Part shown: positions 13,111 to 26,529 of the stretch, piece after piece
Layout of the letters: the number at the start of each line of letters is the position of its first letter
How positions within the stretch are numbered: the first letter of the stretch is position 1
Assembly (NCBI RefSeq): GCF_006345805.1
Contig: NC_043008.1
Location: forward strand, 26,970,001 to 27,034,000
From: Octopus sinensis
Lineage: Eukaryota
Direction: 5' to 3'
Length of the DNA: 64,000 nt
Notes under the pieces: model-generated
What the model saw: the letters and a program-made list of their open reading frames with translations, nothing else
Database searches by the model: none
Told to the model about the DNA's origin: nothing
Program-made: the position numbers and the translations under genes

Positions 13111-13777
13111 ATCTATCTGTCTGACTTTCTATCTGCGTGTGTACATTTGTGTGTCATCTATTTCTTAATTGAATGGCTTTACAATTATTATTGAAAAGAG
13201 AAAATTAACGAATGTAAGAGAGACACGACAACTGTGATAAGAATATAGTGAAAAAAAGAAAAAAAAAGGAAATGATGATATGATAAATCATTTCGCAAGA
13301 TAGTAGTTAGCGATTTTCTATTCAAATGATTCTGTAAGCTTTCCTACATTTTTCAGAATCTGCGGAATTTGTTTTTGTCGTCATTTTTGTTTGTAAAAAA
13401 ATAATAAATGCTTGTATTATTATATTTATGATGTCTTAAATTAAAAGTCTTAAAAGATAAGAAATGGTATTATAGCAGTATTAATGGAATATTGAACCAA
13501 AAAATCATATTAAGTAATGAGACTTAAATGATAAGAAATTATATCGCAGTTATATAATGAGTCATAACTTCTATATTAGAATACAATAAAATTAATCAAC
13601 TATTGTGCCATTAAATCTGAGGGTGATTGTGAACTTGAATTCTTACCTTTGGTGGTGGTCATAGAGAAATAGATCGGCAAAAATGTTAATGGAAATGCGT
13701 GACTAAAATGAAAATATCACGGTAAACTTATAATTACATACACACACACACACACCACACACACACACACATACACG

Positions 13778-13839
<62 letters not shown>

Positions 13840-13840
<1 letters not shown>

Positions 13841-14090
13841 CGTGGCACTCTGTCGGTTACGACGACGTCGGTTCCAGTTGATCCGATCAATGGAACAGCC
13901 TGCTCGTGAAATTAACGAGTAAGTGACTGAGCACTTCACAGACATGTGTACCCTTAACGAGGTTCTCGGGGAGATTCAGCTTGGCATAGTGTGTGACAAG
14001 GCTGGCCTTTCGAAATACAGGTGTAACAGAAACAGGAAGAAAGAGTGAGAGAAAGTTGTGGTGAAAGAGTGCAGCAGGGTTCGCCACCAC
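13840..14090 (-). mobile_element. SINE/RTE-tail-like interspersed repeat
   Basis: GC-richer block 'ggaacagcctgctcgtgaaattaacg...gacaaggctggcc' ending at a (TA)/(CA) microsatellite; recognised as a common cephalopod repeat. Confidence 0.55.
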
Positions 14091-14094
14091 ACCC

Positions 14095-14872
14095 TATCTA
14101 ATAATAATTCTGCTTGTCATCGCGTTACTTAACCCGTCCGTAACGCTTTCACGTGATTAGAGAAAGAGTGGGAGAAAGAAAGGGTGAGAGAAAAAGAGGG
14201 AGGGGAAAACGTCCATGACATGAGGTAGAGGGAATGTAATTGTAGCGCTTTCATATGACCAGTTGAAACCAAAGAGCGGAGAAAGAAAAAGGAGAGACCA
14301 AAAGCGGATAAGGCGAAGAGTTTGAGATAGAAGGAGGGCGAAAGAAAGAGAGAGAGAGAGACAAAAAGAGAGAAATGTCTATGACGTGAGGTAGGGGGAA
14401 TGTAATAATTTTAGTAGAGGGTGATGTTCTGATGTTGAGATTAAAGAAAGGCAAAGAAAGAGAGAGGGAGGAGGAAGAAGAGGGAGAGAAAGCGGAGGGA
14501 GAGAGAGAGATGACGGTCGTGGTTGTGGTGGAAAAGGTGGTGGTGGTGGTGGTGGTGGTGGTGGAGGTACTGGTGCTGGTGGTGATTGGATAGTGAAAAG
14601 TGTATTTTTAAAAAATTGAACAAAGTTTTTTTTTATATCACTAATTATTTAACGCATGCGCATAAGTACACTTCAGTAAAATATTCGCGCTTATTTGCAG
14701 ATATATGCAATTTAACTAAAGGTTGTGACAAACATAAGGAAATTACTACGACCGTCATCTTGTACACGCTGAAGCTCAGCTTGCTCAAGGTGCCAGCAAT
14801 CCTAGGGCCTACCCTGGCAATAGGTTTACCATAAATTCCATAAAATATTCACGGGTCCCACTAGTCTATATA
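14095..14872 (-). mobile_element. Helentron-associated (HINE/DINE-1-like) non-autonomous element
   Basis: Minus-strand start 'actagtgggacccgtgaatatttt' and end 'attattagat'. The interior is homologous to 24750-25825. Confidence 0.65.
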
Positions 14873-15001
14873 AATACTAATATTTATAGTACACGAGTTC
14901 CAAAATGTAACGTAATGTGCTTCAATTAATTGCATTCGTCATGTTCAGAGAGTTAATTACTTCAAACCTAACGGAAATACACATTAGATATTCTTTTCTA
15001 T

Positions 15002-15123
15002 TCTAGGCACAAGGCCCGACATTTTGGGGGAGGGGATCAGTCGATTAGAACGATCCCAGTACGCAACTGGTACTTAATTTATCGACCCCGAAAGGATGAA
15101 AGCAAAGTCGACCTCGGCGGAAT
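15002..15123 (-). mobile_element. tRNA-like SINE, 3' half
   Basis: 'ggcacaaggccc...atcgaccccgaaaggatgaaagcaaagtcgacctcggcggaat' is the reverse complement of the SINE consensus seen elsewhere in the window. Confidence 0.8.
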
Positions 15124-16599
15124 ATACACATTAGATATTGCAAGAAGCAGTTGTCCATGCTTATCATTTATGCAGACCCCTTAAAAGTGGAAGACTCTTG
15201 AATGTATTTGTTTTCCGAGAAAATGTAATTTTTAAAAGGTGAATGTCTTATACTAAATTTAATTATTAAAATATTTGATCTGATTTTTCAATATATTTTC
15301 ATTTTTTAATTAAAAATATACCTCATTATCATTTTATGCATATTCAAAATCTTCTTGTTCATGTAATAACTTGAGATCATTATTAGATAATTTTTGTAGA
15401 GACTTGAACAATTTTAGGAAAGACAACTTCATCAAAATCAATACTATTCCTCGTGTTCTTCAGCACAATTTTCATTTGAAACAGAAATCATCTGACATTA
15501 TTGACTTTTGTAGCAAGAAAAATAACTTGACTACAGACATGTTATACGACCTTACTTCTTACTAAAAATTACGAATCTTTTGATTGATTTTTGATTTTAT
15601 ATTCCTTCCAGACGTCGACTAGAAATGCATTCAATTTTGTCTAAGAAATAACATGTGGAAAGGTTTCTCGTATGTCGAATGCTTTAAAAGTTGCAATTAT
15701 TTCCAGGTTCTCTGATTGTAGTATATTGCTTTGGTAATAACAATATTACCACTTACTCTTTCGCTCAAATAATCATGATGATCATGAGCCTTGTTTAACA
15801 TTAATACTACTGTATATTATTAATTGACTGTTAAAACATTTTTTGCATATTTTTGTCCAGCTGTATCAGATGGATAAGAATACTTAGAAAGCCAATCTTG
15901 AAAGCAATCTACTTGGTGGCGTATGTTTACTAACAATGAGGAAAGGATCAATAGTTGTAACCAATTAGCGAGCATGAATGTTTAGAACAATAGATGATAA
16001 TTAATTTTAATCCGAAATCTCAGTCTGCATCTCCTTTGAATAAAAGAGACCAACAATGGTTGCCAAATAAAAATCCTTGTTGAAATTTTTAATTTTTGCT
16101 AAATATAATGTCTTGAAGGCTACTTTTCTCTCATTCTAAAATAATCCATTTCTTTAAGTATTTGTTGTTCAGCATATCCCTCTTCAATAAGCAGACCACT
16201 TTCCTGCAGCAATTGATTCACCACAATTTCTACACTCTAAATCTTAATTCTATCATTAAATAAACCGGCAATTTTATTAAATATTTCTTTAGTGCTAATT
16301 CAATTTTCATAATTGTTCACTGTTATAAACATACTAAGAATTGTAGCTTTGTAAATTGGAAAATACTTTGCTTTTAATCCTCAAGAAGACGTTCCGTATC
16401 TATCACAAATATAATTCTATTCAATTTTAGTTGTATACAAGCATAAAATCTCAGGTTATATTACCTTTTACTTCATTTGAAATGCAGGCTTTATTACATT
16501 TAATGCAATCAATTAATGAAAGCCAGGATCTCTTCAATTTCGGAATTGCTATCACCACGTGTATCTGTAATACAAAGATTTTATTTTTGCAGTCGAAGT

Positions 16600-16820
16600 T
16601 CTTAATTGTTATATTTAGGTAAAACCGGAACAACTGCGAATGAGAAATGAAAAGAAGAGACATCATCACGTGCCCTTTCCAACTGATGATGGCTCGAGTA
16701 TTTGCCCCAAATGTGCCAGAAACTTTCGTTCAAGAACCGGTTTACATACATAGTCACATAAGGGCTTGTTGCCCTCACGTGATCTTCAGGCACGAAGAGC
16801 TGACCCTGCCTTCATCATCA
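16600..16820 (+). mobile_element. RTE/BovB-like LINE 3' end
   Basis: Translates to 'ICPKCARNFRSRTGLHT*SH', the C-terminal C2H2-like motif of RTE ORFs, followed by 'gatcttcaggcacgaagagctg...catcatca'. Confidence 0.7.
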
Positions 16821-16869
16821 TATATATGTAAACACTCACACACACACACATATTTGTGTGAATGTGTAC

Positions 16870-16973
16870 ATATAAAATAATAACAATAATAATAATAACA
16901 ATAACAATAATAATAGTAATAATAATAATAATTAATTACAATAATTAACAACAACAACAACAACAACAACAAC

Positions 16974-17038
<65 letters not shown>

Positions 17039-17107
17039 GAGAGGAATAATAATAATAATAATAATAATAATACTAATAAGAGAGGAATAATAATAATAAT
17101 AATAATA
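16870..17107. repeat. (AAT)n/(AAC)n microsatellite, target site of the R4/Dong element
   Basis: Direct reading; interrupted by 'agagagga' units. Confidence 0.95.
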
Positions 17108-20100
17108 AGAGAGGAACACCGGGGGACGTTTAAGATGTAAGAAGGAAAATACAGAGCTCCGAAATCTATCCACAAACATCGAAAACAAGGACATCCAATG
17201 GAGCCAAAGATTTACTAACAAAGAATTGGACTGTATCCGAGTAAGTAATACTAATTGAAATTTATTACTATTTTCGAAACGAAATGATATATTTTGACTC
17301 GATATCATCTCCACCTCTAACATGTAAACATGCGTGGAACATCACGATCATCCCCGACCCCAAACACCATGTACAAAGGAACTACGAAGAAATTAAATGC
17401 CACCGATACTATTCAACCCAAGAATAACAATCGAGCGGTACGTACATTAAACTTACAACAAAAAATGTGCGAAAAACTACACGTGCGAAATAATGTGACA
17501 ACAGAAATAAATGGACCGGTACCCTACGAAAATGACGACCGTCAAAATGATGGGCCGGACGTTGTACCTCATGTCCCGCAAATAAAACCCAAAAGACGTA
17601 AATGGACACGTGAGGAATACATTTCTATCTTACACGCATACTTTACAGCAATGCTCTACCCACGAAATGAAAATACAACAACACATACATATAAAATATG
17701 GAAGGAAAATAATAGAGATATAGACTTGGATACAGCAATGAACCCTAATAAATTAGCTAACGTACGAAGATACATTCTCAACACAAAAAAATATCAGAAA
17801 TAGAAATAGAACATCTAAAAGAAAACATACACCAGGAAAATGTAGATAGAAGCCACACAACAATGCCCAATGATATAAACACTGAAACTGTAAAACACGA
17901 AGACAAACGCAACATTCCCAACAAACACGATGTAAACAACGAAGGGGAGCCTAATGATTATGATAATATAAAAAATAAAATAATCAAAGAACTGAAAACC
18001 ACAGAGCCCAAAATGGACCACCGACCATACCTCCCAAGAATAAAAATAAACGAAATAACAACACCAATTATAAACAGCATAAACCTAGCCGTCACTGAAC
18101 TAGCCACTGAAACAAAAAAAAGTGATATCACTGAACTAAATGACTTGATATACGCAGCAGCCACTGCAGCCACAAAAGAAGCTGGATACTCACCCAAACC
18201 CGCCCAAACAGGAGTACCACCACCCAAACAAACCCTGTGGATAAATAACATCCAAAACAAAATAAAAAAATTAGAAAAGACCTGTTGATTCTTAATGAAA
18301 TCAGCAAACAATCAACGCTACTGAGCAACAAAAAGAGAACAAAAATGCTCCGCAAATATAACATCACAGAAAAAGATTTGCCGGAGATAAAAGAAAAGCT
18401 GAAGCAAGATATCCTTGCCAAAGCTCAAAGGATCCGCCGGCACGAGAAACGCCAACGCTTCTTTGAACAGAACAAAAAGTTCAACTCCAACCCCAAAAAG
18501 TTCTACCAAGAACTGGGAACAAATAAAATAGAAGTCACTGCAGCACCAACGGCAGAAGAATTGGAAGAATTCTGGAGAGAAATATGGTCGGCGAACGAAC
18601 AGCCAAAAAAAGGGAGTATGAAAATAACAAACTCGGCATCTGAACAACTTTGGACCCCCATAACAACTGAAGAGGTCACCCAGGCACTGCAAAAACTAAG
18701 CAACTGGAAGGCACCTGGGCATGACAAGATCCCCAACTTCTGGTTGAAATATCTAACAGGAATGCACAAAAAGCTGGCTGAAAACTTTAACAGCATACTA
18801 GCAGAGCCAGAGACAATGCCTGAATGGCTCACGAAGGGGAAAACCATCTTAATTCCCAAATCAAATGAAACAGCAAAACCAGAAAACTACAGACCAATAA
18901 CCTGCCTCCCTACTATGTCCAAGGCATATACTGCAGTGATATCGCAAAGGCTCAACAAGCACCTGGACGAAAACAAACTGTTCCCAGAAGAGCAGAAAGG
19001 GTGCCGCAAAGGCTCATATGGCTGTAAAGATCAACTAATGATTAATAAAGCCGTAACTGAAGACAGCCACAGAAAGAAGAAAGGCCTCAGTATGGCTTGG
19101 ATTGACTACAAAAAGGCGTTTGATAGCAACCCCCACACATGGATCCTCGAAACACTAGCCATTAACAAAGTAGCACCAACAATCATAAAATTCATAGAGC
19201 ACTCTATGAATAAATGGCAAACAGTCCTACACCTCCAAACAAAAGAGGGACTCATGAAAACCAAAGACATCCCCATTAGGAGAGGAATATTCCAGGGAGA
19301 CACGCTCTCTCCACTCCTTTTCTGCTTGGCACTGTCACCCCTATCTGATATGCTAAATAGAACTGGATGCGGATATAAATGTTACGGCAAAACGATCAGC
19401 CACCTTTTATATATGGATGACCTAAAACTATACGCTGCAAATGACAAACAGCTGGAAACATTATTAAAGACAGTTCATGGATTTACCAAAGAAATAGATA
19501 TGAAATTTGGATTAGAAAAATGCGCCAAAGTAACCATGAAAAGAGGAAAACTAGTTAAGAGTAACAACATCACACTAGATAAAACCAATGAAATAAAAGA
19601 ATTAGACCAAAGCCAAACTTACAAATACTTATGAATCCATGAACTAGATAAGACACAACACACACAAATGAAAGAGAAAATAAAGAAAGAATATTATAGA
19701 CGAGTTAGATCAATACTAAAAACAGAGCTCAATGCTAAAAACAAGATAATAGGTAACAACACTTTAGCTGTCCCAGTTATAATTTACAGCTACAATATCC
19801 TTAACTGGACACGAAATGAACTGTCCAAAATAGATGGGAAAACAAGAAAAATACTGACAGGATCTAGGATGCATCACCCAAAATCTGACATAGAAAGACT
19901 ATATATACAACGTATAGAAGGTGGTAGAGGCCTTATACAGCTGGAAAACTACTATAAAATAACCACCATAGGTCTGCAAAAATATCTACTTCAGAAGGAA
20001 GGAAAACTGATCCAGATAGCAGCAAAACACGAGCAAAACAAAAAACTGTTCTCAGTATTTAAGGAAGCTGACAAATACAAACAAGAAATCATACCACCTA

Positions 20101-21090
20101 ATAAACATGAAGAAGAAGAAGAAGATGATGAAGAAACAACAAAAGCTATAAAACAAATGAAATCCAAACTAAAAATAGAACAGCAACGAACCATGATAAA
20201 ACGATGGCAAGAAAAGCCCCTTCATGGTAAATACTGCACTAAACTAAACGCAAAAGAAATAGACAAAGAAAAATCCCAGCAATGGTTGAGAAGCTCAGGA
20301 CTCAAAGCAGAAACAGAGGGATTTTTAATTGCAGCACAAGACCAAAGCCTCCCCATCAGAAATTACCAAAAACATGTAATGAAAAGAAATATTACAAGTA
20401 ACTGCAGAATATGTGGAGATGGACAAGAAACAATAAATCATATTATCTCTAGCTGCCCAGTCCTGGCTAAGAAGGAATATATTCACAGACATGACAGAGT
20501 TGGAACCTACATACATTGGAAGCTATGCCAACATTATGGAATAACAACAGAAAAAAGATGGTATAGGCACACACCAGAAAAGGTCACAGAAAACGAGAAA
20601 GCAACCATACTCTGGGATATGCCGATACACACAGATAGAGAAATTAAGGCCAACAGACCAGATATAGTTGTCAGAGATCATGAAGAAAAAAAATGCTTTC
20701 TAATTGATGTATCAATACCGGCAGATGACAACGTGTCTCTAAAAGAAATGGAGAAACTATCAAAATACAAAGACCTGGAAATAGAGATAACTAGAATGTG
20801 GAATCTGAAAACAGAAACAATTCCTATCATAGTAGGTGCATTAGGCATGATAAAAAAATATTCAGACAAATACATAACAAAATCACCAGGACTTACAAAC
20901 ACATATAACATACAGAAAATTGTACTTCTAGGCACTGCACACATCCTACGCAGAACACTTTCCATACAATAACCATCAGAGCATCACAACAAATCACAGC
21001 ACATACCCAAGGCACACAGAGCTGCGCTCGGTAGTGAAGTGAAAGCACGCTATAAAAATAAAAACTACTGAATAATAATAATAATAATGA
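17108..21090 (+). mobile_element. Near full-length R4/Dong-like non-LTR retrotransposon (RT + CCHC + REL endonuclease) in (TAA)n
   Basis: One broken ORF (17330-20972), a short 3' UTR and an (AAT)n tail; (AAT)n also lies at the 5' side. Confidence 0.92.
17330..20972 (+). pseudogene. R4/Dong-like polyprotein disrupted by about three frameshifts and one stop
   Basis: N-terminal 'KRRKWTREEY'; RT motifs 'WKAPGHD', 'YRPITCL', 'WIDYKKAFDS', 'GIFQGD', 'LLYMDDLKL'; zinc knuckle 'CRICGDGQETINHIISSC'; endonuclease 'RPDIVV...LIDVSIP...K..KY'. Breaks near 17800-17860, 18285 and 19632. Confidence 0.92.
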
Positions 21091-21094
21091 TTTA

Positions 21095-23376
21095 TGATAA
21101 TAGACCTGAATGGTTGCAAGAACTGAAACAAAGAGTAGTCTGTCAAAAACAGGCATAACTAGTCATTTCAGTTAGGGAAGTGAAGGAAATCAGCCAAAAA
21201 ATGAGCAACTGGAAGGCCTCGGGACCAGAGGGAGTTCAAGGCTGCTGGATCAAAACATTTGGTGAATGTCATGCACGAATAGCTGCACAACTAAACACAT
21301 TGTTAAATGCCGACCAAGCAACACCAGAGTGGTTGACATTGGGTATGACAGTGCTATGCCTGAAAAACATCGAAAAAGGCAATACAATATGTGGAAGTTA
21401 TTGACTGGTATACTTGCAGAGTCAATGTACGAACATCTAGAAAAAAATTGAAGTGCTGCCACATGAGCAGATGGGTTGCAAGCGTAAGTACAGAGATACC
21501 AAGGATCAACTCCTGATAGATCAAACTGTACTCAGAGGGGAGGAAAAGTAACTTACCCATGTCATGGATCGACTATCGTAAGGCTACTATATGATCCCAC
21601 ATTCTTGGATTATGGAGTGTATGAATGTTGAGCGAATGCTTGGAAAAATTATGGCGAATTGGAGGACGGACCTGACAGCATACGGAAGAAGTTTATTGAC
21701 AGTAGAAATTAGGAGGGGCATCTCACAAGGGGACTGCCTGTCCCTACTGATCTATGTACTGCGCTTGATACCACTAACACTGATTCTGAGGAAAGCAAAA
21801 GCTGGGTATGTATTCAAAAGCCGCCAACAAAATGTCAACCATTTGCTATTCATGGATGACCTCAAACTTTATGGTAAAGATGAATCCCAAGTCAGTTCCC
21901 TCGTTGATACGGTGTATAATTACAGTGCTGATATCAGAATAGAGTTCGGACTGAGAAAGTGTGGTGTATTAGTATTGAAAAGAGGCAAAATCAAATGTAT
22001 GGAAGGACTAACGATACCGTCGGGGGAGGTAATGAAGCAGATAGAGGAGACGGGCTACAAGCTTGGGGATTTTGGAAATGGATAAATTAATGGAGAAAGA
22101 GATGACAGAAAAATTAAAAGTGGAGTACTTACGCAGACTGAGACTGATAATAAAGTCGAAATTAAACGGAAGGAATAAAATCGAAGCTATCAACACTTAG
22201 GAATTCAGTCCTTAGATATGGAACTGGGGTAATCGCATGGACAGTAGACGAACTAAGCAGCTTAGATAGAAAGACAGGGAAGTTGCTAACGAGATATGGG
22301 TCACTCCACCCAAAAAGTGATACAGACAGTCTGTATGTACCAAGAAAAAGAGGGGGAAGAGGACTTATTGGATGCGAACACAGCATTAGAGCAGAAGAAA
22401 ACAACATACTATGGTATGTAAAAAATGCCACAGAACCGCTACTATTAGAAGTAGGAAGATCAGGCTTGTGTAGGATGAAAGATTGCAAAAATAACGTACT
22501 ATGCAAGAAATTCAAAACGAATGAAACTAAAAGTAGGTTGATACAGAAACGAATGCATGAAAAATTTCATAGGGATGTTGAAGATAAAACAGATAGAGAA
22601 AAGAGATGGCTGCGGATGACTAATAGGAATTTAAAGCCGGAAGCGGATGCCCTAATCTGTGATGCCCAGGAGCAAGCACTGAGAACAAACTACATAAAAT
22701 ACAGAATATACAACACAGCAGAAAGTGATAAGTGCAGAATCTGTGAACAAAATGGTGAAACCATATAGCATATCACCAGCCAGTGTACGCCACTAGCCCA
22801 GAAGGAATATAAGAGACGCCACGGCAATATAGCCAGGTTTGTCCATTGGACACTTTGCAACAAGTATGGACTTGACAGAGCAAAAAATTGGTACGACCAC
22901 AAACTTGAAGGCATTGTCGAATAGAAATGCAAAGATCCTATGGGATTTAATGATTCAGTATGGTCATGAGATTGAGAATAGGAAGCCGGACATAGTCTTA
23001 ATTGAGAAAGAAAACAAACTATGCTGGATCATAGACATAGCATGACCAGCCGACAACAAAGTATGCTATATGGAAGAAAGAAACGTCGATAGATATGACA
23101 GGTTAGCTTGGGAAGTTAAACAGTTGTGGTCGATGAAAAAGGTAGCAGTAGTACCAATAATAGTCGGAGCCCTAGGAACAGTGAGCAAAGATCTAGAGAA
23201 GTACGTGGAACAAATAGGGGTTGTAATAAGGCTGGAGCACTTGCAGAAAACAGCACTGTTTAGGACCGCTCGAATACTCCGGAAAGTGCTCGAAAAATAA
23301 GAGGTGTTACCTTAGTTTAGTGGTAGTGAACAGCTGACACCGTAGTACATCTCCAGCGTTAGAAGCTGTGCAAAGG
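21095..23376 (+). mobile_element. Second, 5'-truncated and more decayed R4/Dong-like element, in tandem behind the first
   Basis: 'NWKASGPEGVQG', 'GISQGD', 'LLFMDDLKL', 'CRICEQNGETI', 'RKPDIVLI...IIDIA'; different 3' UTR; (AAT)n tail at 23377-23495. Confidence 0.9.
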
Positions 23377-23384
23377 CAACAATA

Positions 23385-23477
<93 letters not shown>

Positions 23478-23659
23478 TGGTAATGATAATAATATTTATA
23501 TAAGCTTAAAGCTGATAGCGATCATCGTGCAATGACTAAGGAAAATAGTCTAATAATGGGTCATATAAGCCCTCGACAGAAAAAAGCTTATATACATACC
23601 ATTATTATTATTATTTACAAGATTGTAAATCTCGGCACTATATAACAAAAACATTCGCA

Positions 23660-23708
<49 letters not shown>

Positions 23709-23899
23709 CATACATTCATATCTATATATCATATGTATATATACATCTTTATAACTATATTCAAATATGCCGATCTCTCAAAATAGATGGTACCCTTGGA
23801 CGAAGGAGAGCCAGGAAGACATGAGAGAAAGTGCTGAAGGACAATCTCATGATGTTGAAAGTTTCAGAAGAGAGGACAAAGTACCGAGATAAAGTACCG

Positions 23900-24200
23900 A
23901 GTATCAAGAGAGGAAATTCATATATTTAGAGAGACAGAGTTTATAAAATATGGAGTTTGATATCAAGTAAAATACCAAGTTAAATGTTAAAGGTCCAAAT
24001 ATGTGAGTAAATAGCGAATAGGTTATAATGTAGGATAAAATTAATATCTGGTATCGTAGATTAGGATAGATTAAGCAATATTGGATAAGTATATGGAAAA
24101 ACAATATTAATATGCATTCATTAAATATTCTTTAAAATATATAATTATAGTTATAATATTCCAATACCCTATGAGTAAAGTCCAAAAAGATATTTTTAGC
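23900..24200 (-). repeat. Fragment of the hammerhead-bearing repeat family (inverted relative to 26.2 kb)
   Basis: 24151-24185 'taatattccaataccctatgagtaaagtccaaaa' is the reverse complement of 26187-26221. Confidence 0.6.
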
Positions 24201-24749
24201 CTAATGACTGAAACATGTATAAAAGAAACAAAGATGTACGCACATACACACATATCAGTTAAAATTGAAGTTTAGATTTAAATTTAAAATTTAAACAGCT
24301 TTCTGAGTATGTCCCTACTATTATGCTGACAAGGCAAGTTCACCGACTATGTTTGCCTGGCGTCATCCACAGTAATTTCGCAATCGTTGCTGTATATCTA
24401 CGTTAGGAATTCCTCTGTGCATGTTAAGTATAGTGGAAACAATGGTTATGGAAGGATGTGTCGAGGTGGTCATTGTAATAAATAAAGTTTCCAGTATACA
24501 CTATCATCTTCTATATTGTTTTTACTACATACATACATACATATATACATACATATATAAATACACACACACACACACACACACACTCACACATACACAC
24601 ACACACATATATATATATCATTGTCTATGCATACATACATACATGTATTGAAAATCCTTATTTGCAGTATGTTGTCGCATGATAACAACCAAAAGCAATG
24701 TGGTGGAGGATTAAGCCTCGCATCAAATTAGACAAGCTTTTTCATAATC

Positions 24750-25825
24750 TTGTAATAATTCTACTCGTCATTACATTACTTAGCCCATCGGTAACGCTTT
24801 CCTGTGATTAGAGAAAAGGAAGGAAAAAGAAAAGAGGGTGTGAGACGCGTCAATGGCGTGAGGTAGAAGGAACGTAACTGTAATGATTTCGGTGATTAGT
24901 TGAAGGGAAGCAGAGAACATGATTAGAAAAAGGAGAGAGCAACAGCGAGTAAGGTGAAAAGTGAGGCAGAAAAAAGGAGAAAGAAAAAGAGGGAGAGAGA
25001 AAAGATGGGGAGTGAAGCGTCCATTATATGTGGTGGGGGAACGTAATATTTATTACGTGGTAAAATTTTTAGTTGAAGGTAGTGATGTAGAGGAAAGTTA
25101 AGAATGTAATTTTAGCAGAGGGGTGACGATCTGATGGTGATATTAATGAAACGCACTGAGAGAGAGAGCGAGAGAGATGAAGGCGGTGGTGGTGGTGGTG
25201 TAGGTTGCAATGGTGAGTGCATAGTAAAAAGTTATTTTTAAAAATATTGAACTAAGTTTTTTTTTTTATATCACCTATCACATCACAAACTTGCCATTCA
25301 CTTTAGAAAGAAGCCAGTTTCACGTTCGCCTGTCATATGCAATGACTATCACTAGATCACAAGGGCAAACAGTAGCTTATAAGTTATCGACGACGTGGTT
25401 TCCAGCGTATGCCATGTTGCATTAAATTTTTGCCCCCGTGAAATTGTGACCCTATATTTAAAATAATTTTTTACTATAGAATTTTTGTTTTCTAAATATG
25501 TAACTGTGACCATATAAATTTGAAAATGCACTTTTTTGCTGTTTATTGGAAAATTAGCAAAATAAGAGTGAATATTTATTTTATGAGTACTGTGTATTAA
25601 TTCTATAAACATGTGCATAAAGTATGTAAACTATATATATAAAGTGCATTAAGTAATCATAGTATTCCAATTTCTTTCACTTTTCAATGAATAGCAGATG
25701 AGCGACTATCTTTTGATACCGACACAATACAGGCTATGCTTTCAGGCTTCCTGGATAAAGTTTTCCGGAATAACCCAATAGATTTACTATTAATTCCATG
25801 AAATATTCACGGATCCTGCTATTAT
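24750..25825 (-). mobile_element. HINE/DINE-1-like element, same family as 14095-14872
   Basis: Shares 'taataattct..tcgtca..cgttactta.ccc..cgtaacgctttc..gtgattagagaaa' and the terminus 'aattccatgaaatattcacgg'. Confidence 0.65.
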
Positions 25826-26099
25826 GCAATAAATTGAATTAACTCACGTGTTAAATATAAGCTGGTATAATCTTATATGTTTGTATATTTCATAAGCATT
25901 TGAATGTGAGTCATATATATATATATATATATATACATGTATATTTTCCCCAGCTTCTCTCTCTGTCACTGCTGCTCTGTATAAGCATACACACATACAT
26001 ACAAACAAAATTACGTACATGCATACATACATATATCTATATAAAAAACCTTTGACTACAACACTGTGTATAAATTCTCTGCTTGGAATGACCAAGTTT

Positions 26100-26475
26100 A
26101 AAAACAGCTGGATCTCACTCATAAGGGAATCTTACATTGCGTATAAACTCTATATTTGTAAGGACCCATTTTAAACTCTGTTGGACTTTTGGACTTTACT
26201 CATAGGGTATTGGAATATTACATATATACCATTCTGCTTTAAAAGTGGATCTGCAACTTCAATATCCCTACATATCTTGCATCTATTTTCTTTCCTCTAC
26301 CTCACTCTCTATTTTGTATCACAACTAAACTAACTATGACTTAACCATCCTCTCACACCGTCTCTGATGAAGGGGTATAATTAATAAATATCCTGGAAAC
26401 AGCTGTAAGACTTTCTATCTATGCATGATCTAATATCTACACAACCTTGGTTTTTATCTCATTACGCAAACAATT
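26100..26475 (+). mobile_element. Non-coding Penelope pLTR-like / retrozyme-like repeat
   Basis: Pyrimidine-rich unit homologous to 52075-52330, contains a hammerhead and ends at a (CA)(TA) microsatellite. Confidence 0.7.
26360..26411 (+). ncRNA. Minimal type I hammerhead ribozyme, intact core
   Basis: gtct-CTGATGA-a-ggggtat/atatcct stem II-g-GAAA-cagctg (palindrome)-TA-agac. Stem I is gtct/agac and the cleavage triplet is GUA. There is an A.G mismatch at the base of stem II. Confidence 0.75.
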
Positions 26476-26525
<50 letters not shown>

Positions 26526-26529
26526 AACA

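Noticed and set aside
15350-16600. Protein-like minus-strand frames (for example 'VEIVVNQLLQESGLLIEEGYAEQQILKEM')
   Set aside because: In-frame stops, poor splice sites and no recognisable family.
16683-16735. CTGATGA...GAAA resembling a hammerhead
   Set aside because: It lies inside the RTE C-terminal coding sequence and the stems do not form.
17115-17330. Possible HDV-like ribozyme in the R4/Dong 5' UTR
   Set aside because: I could not assemble the P1-P4 nested pseudoknot by eye; a covariance-model search would be needed.
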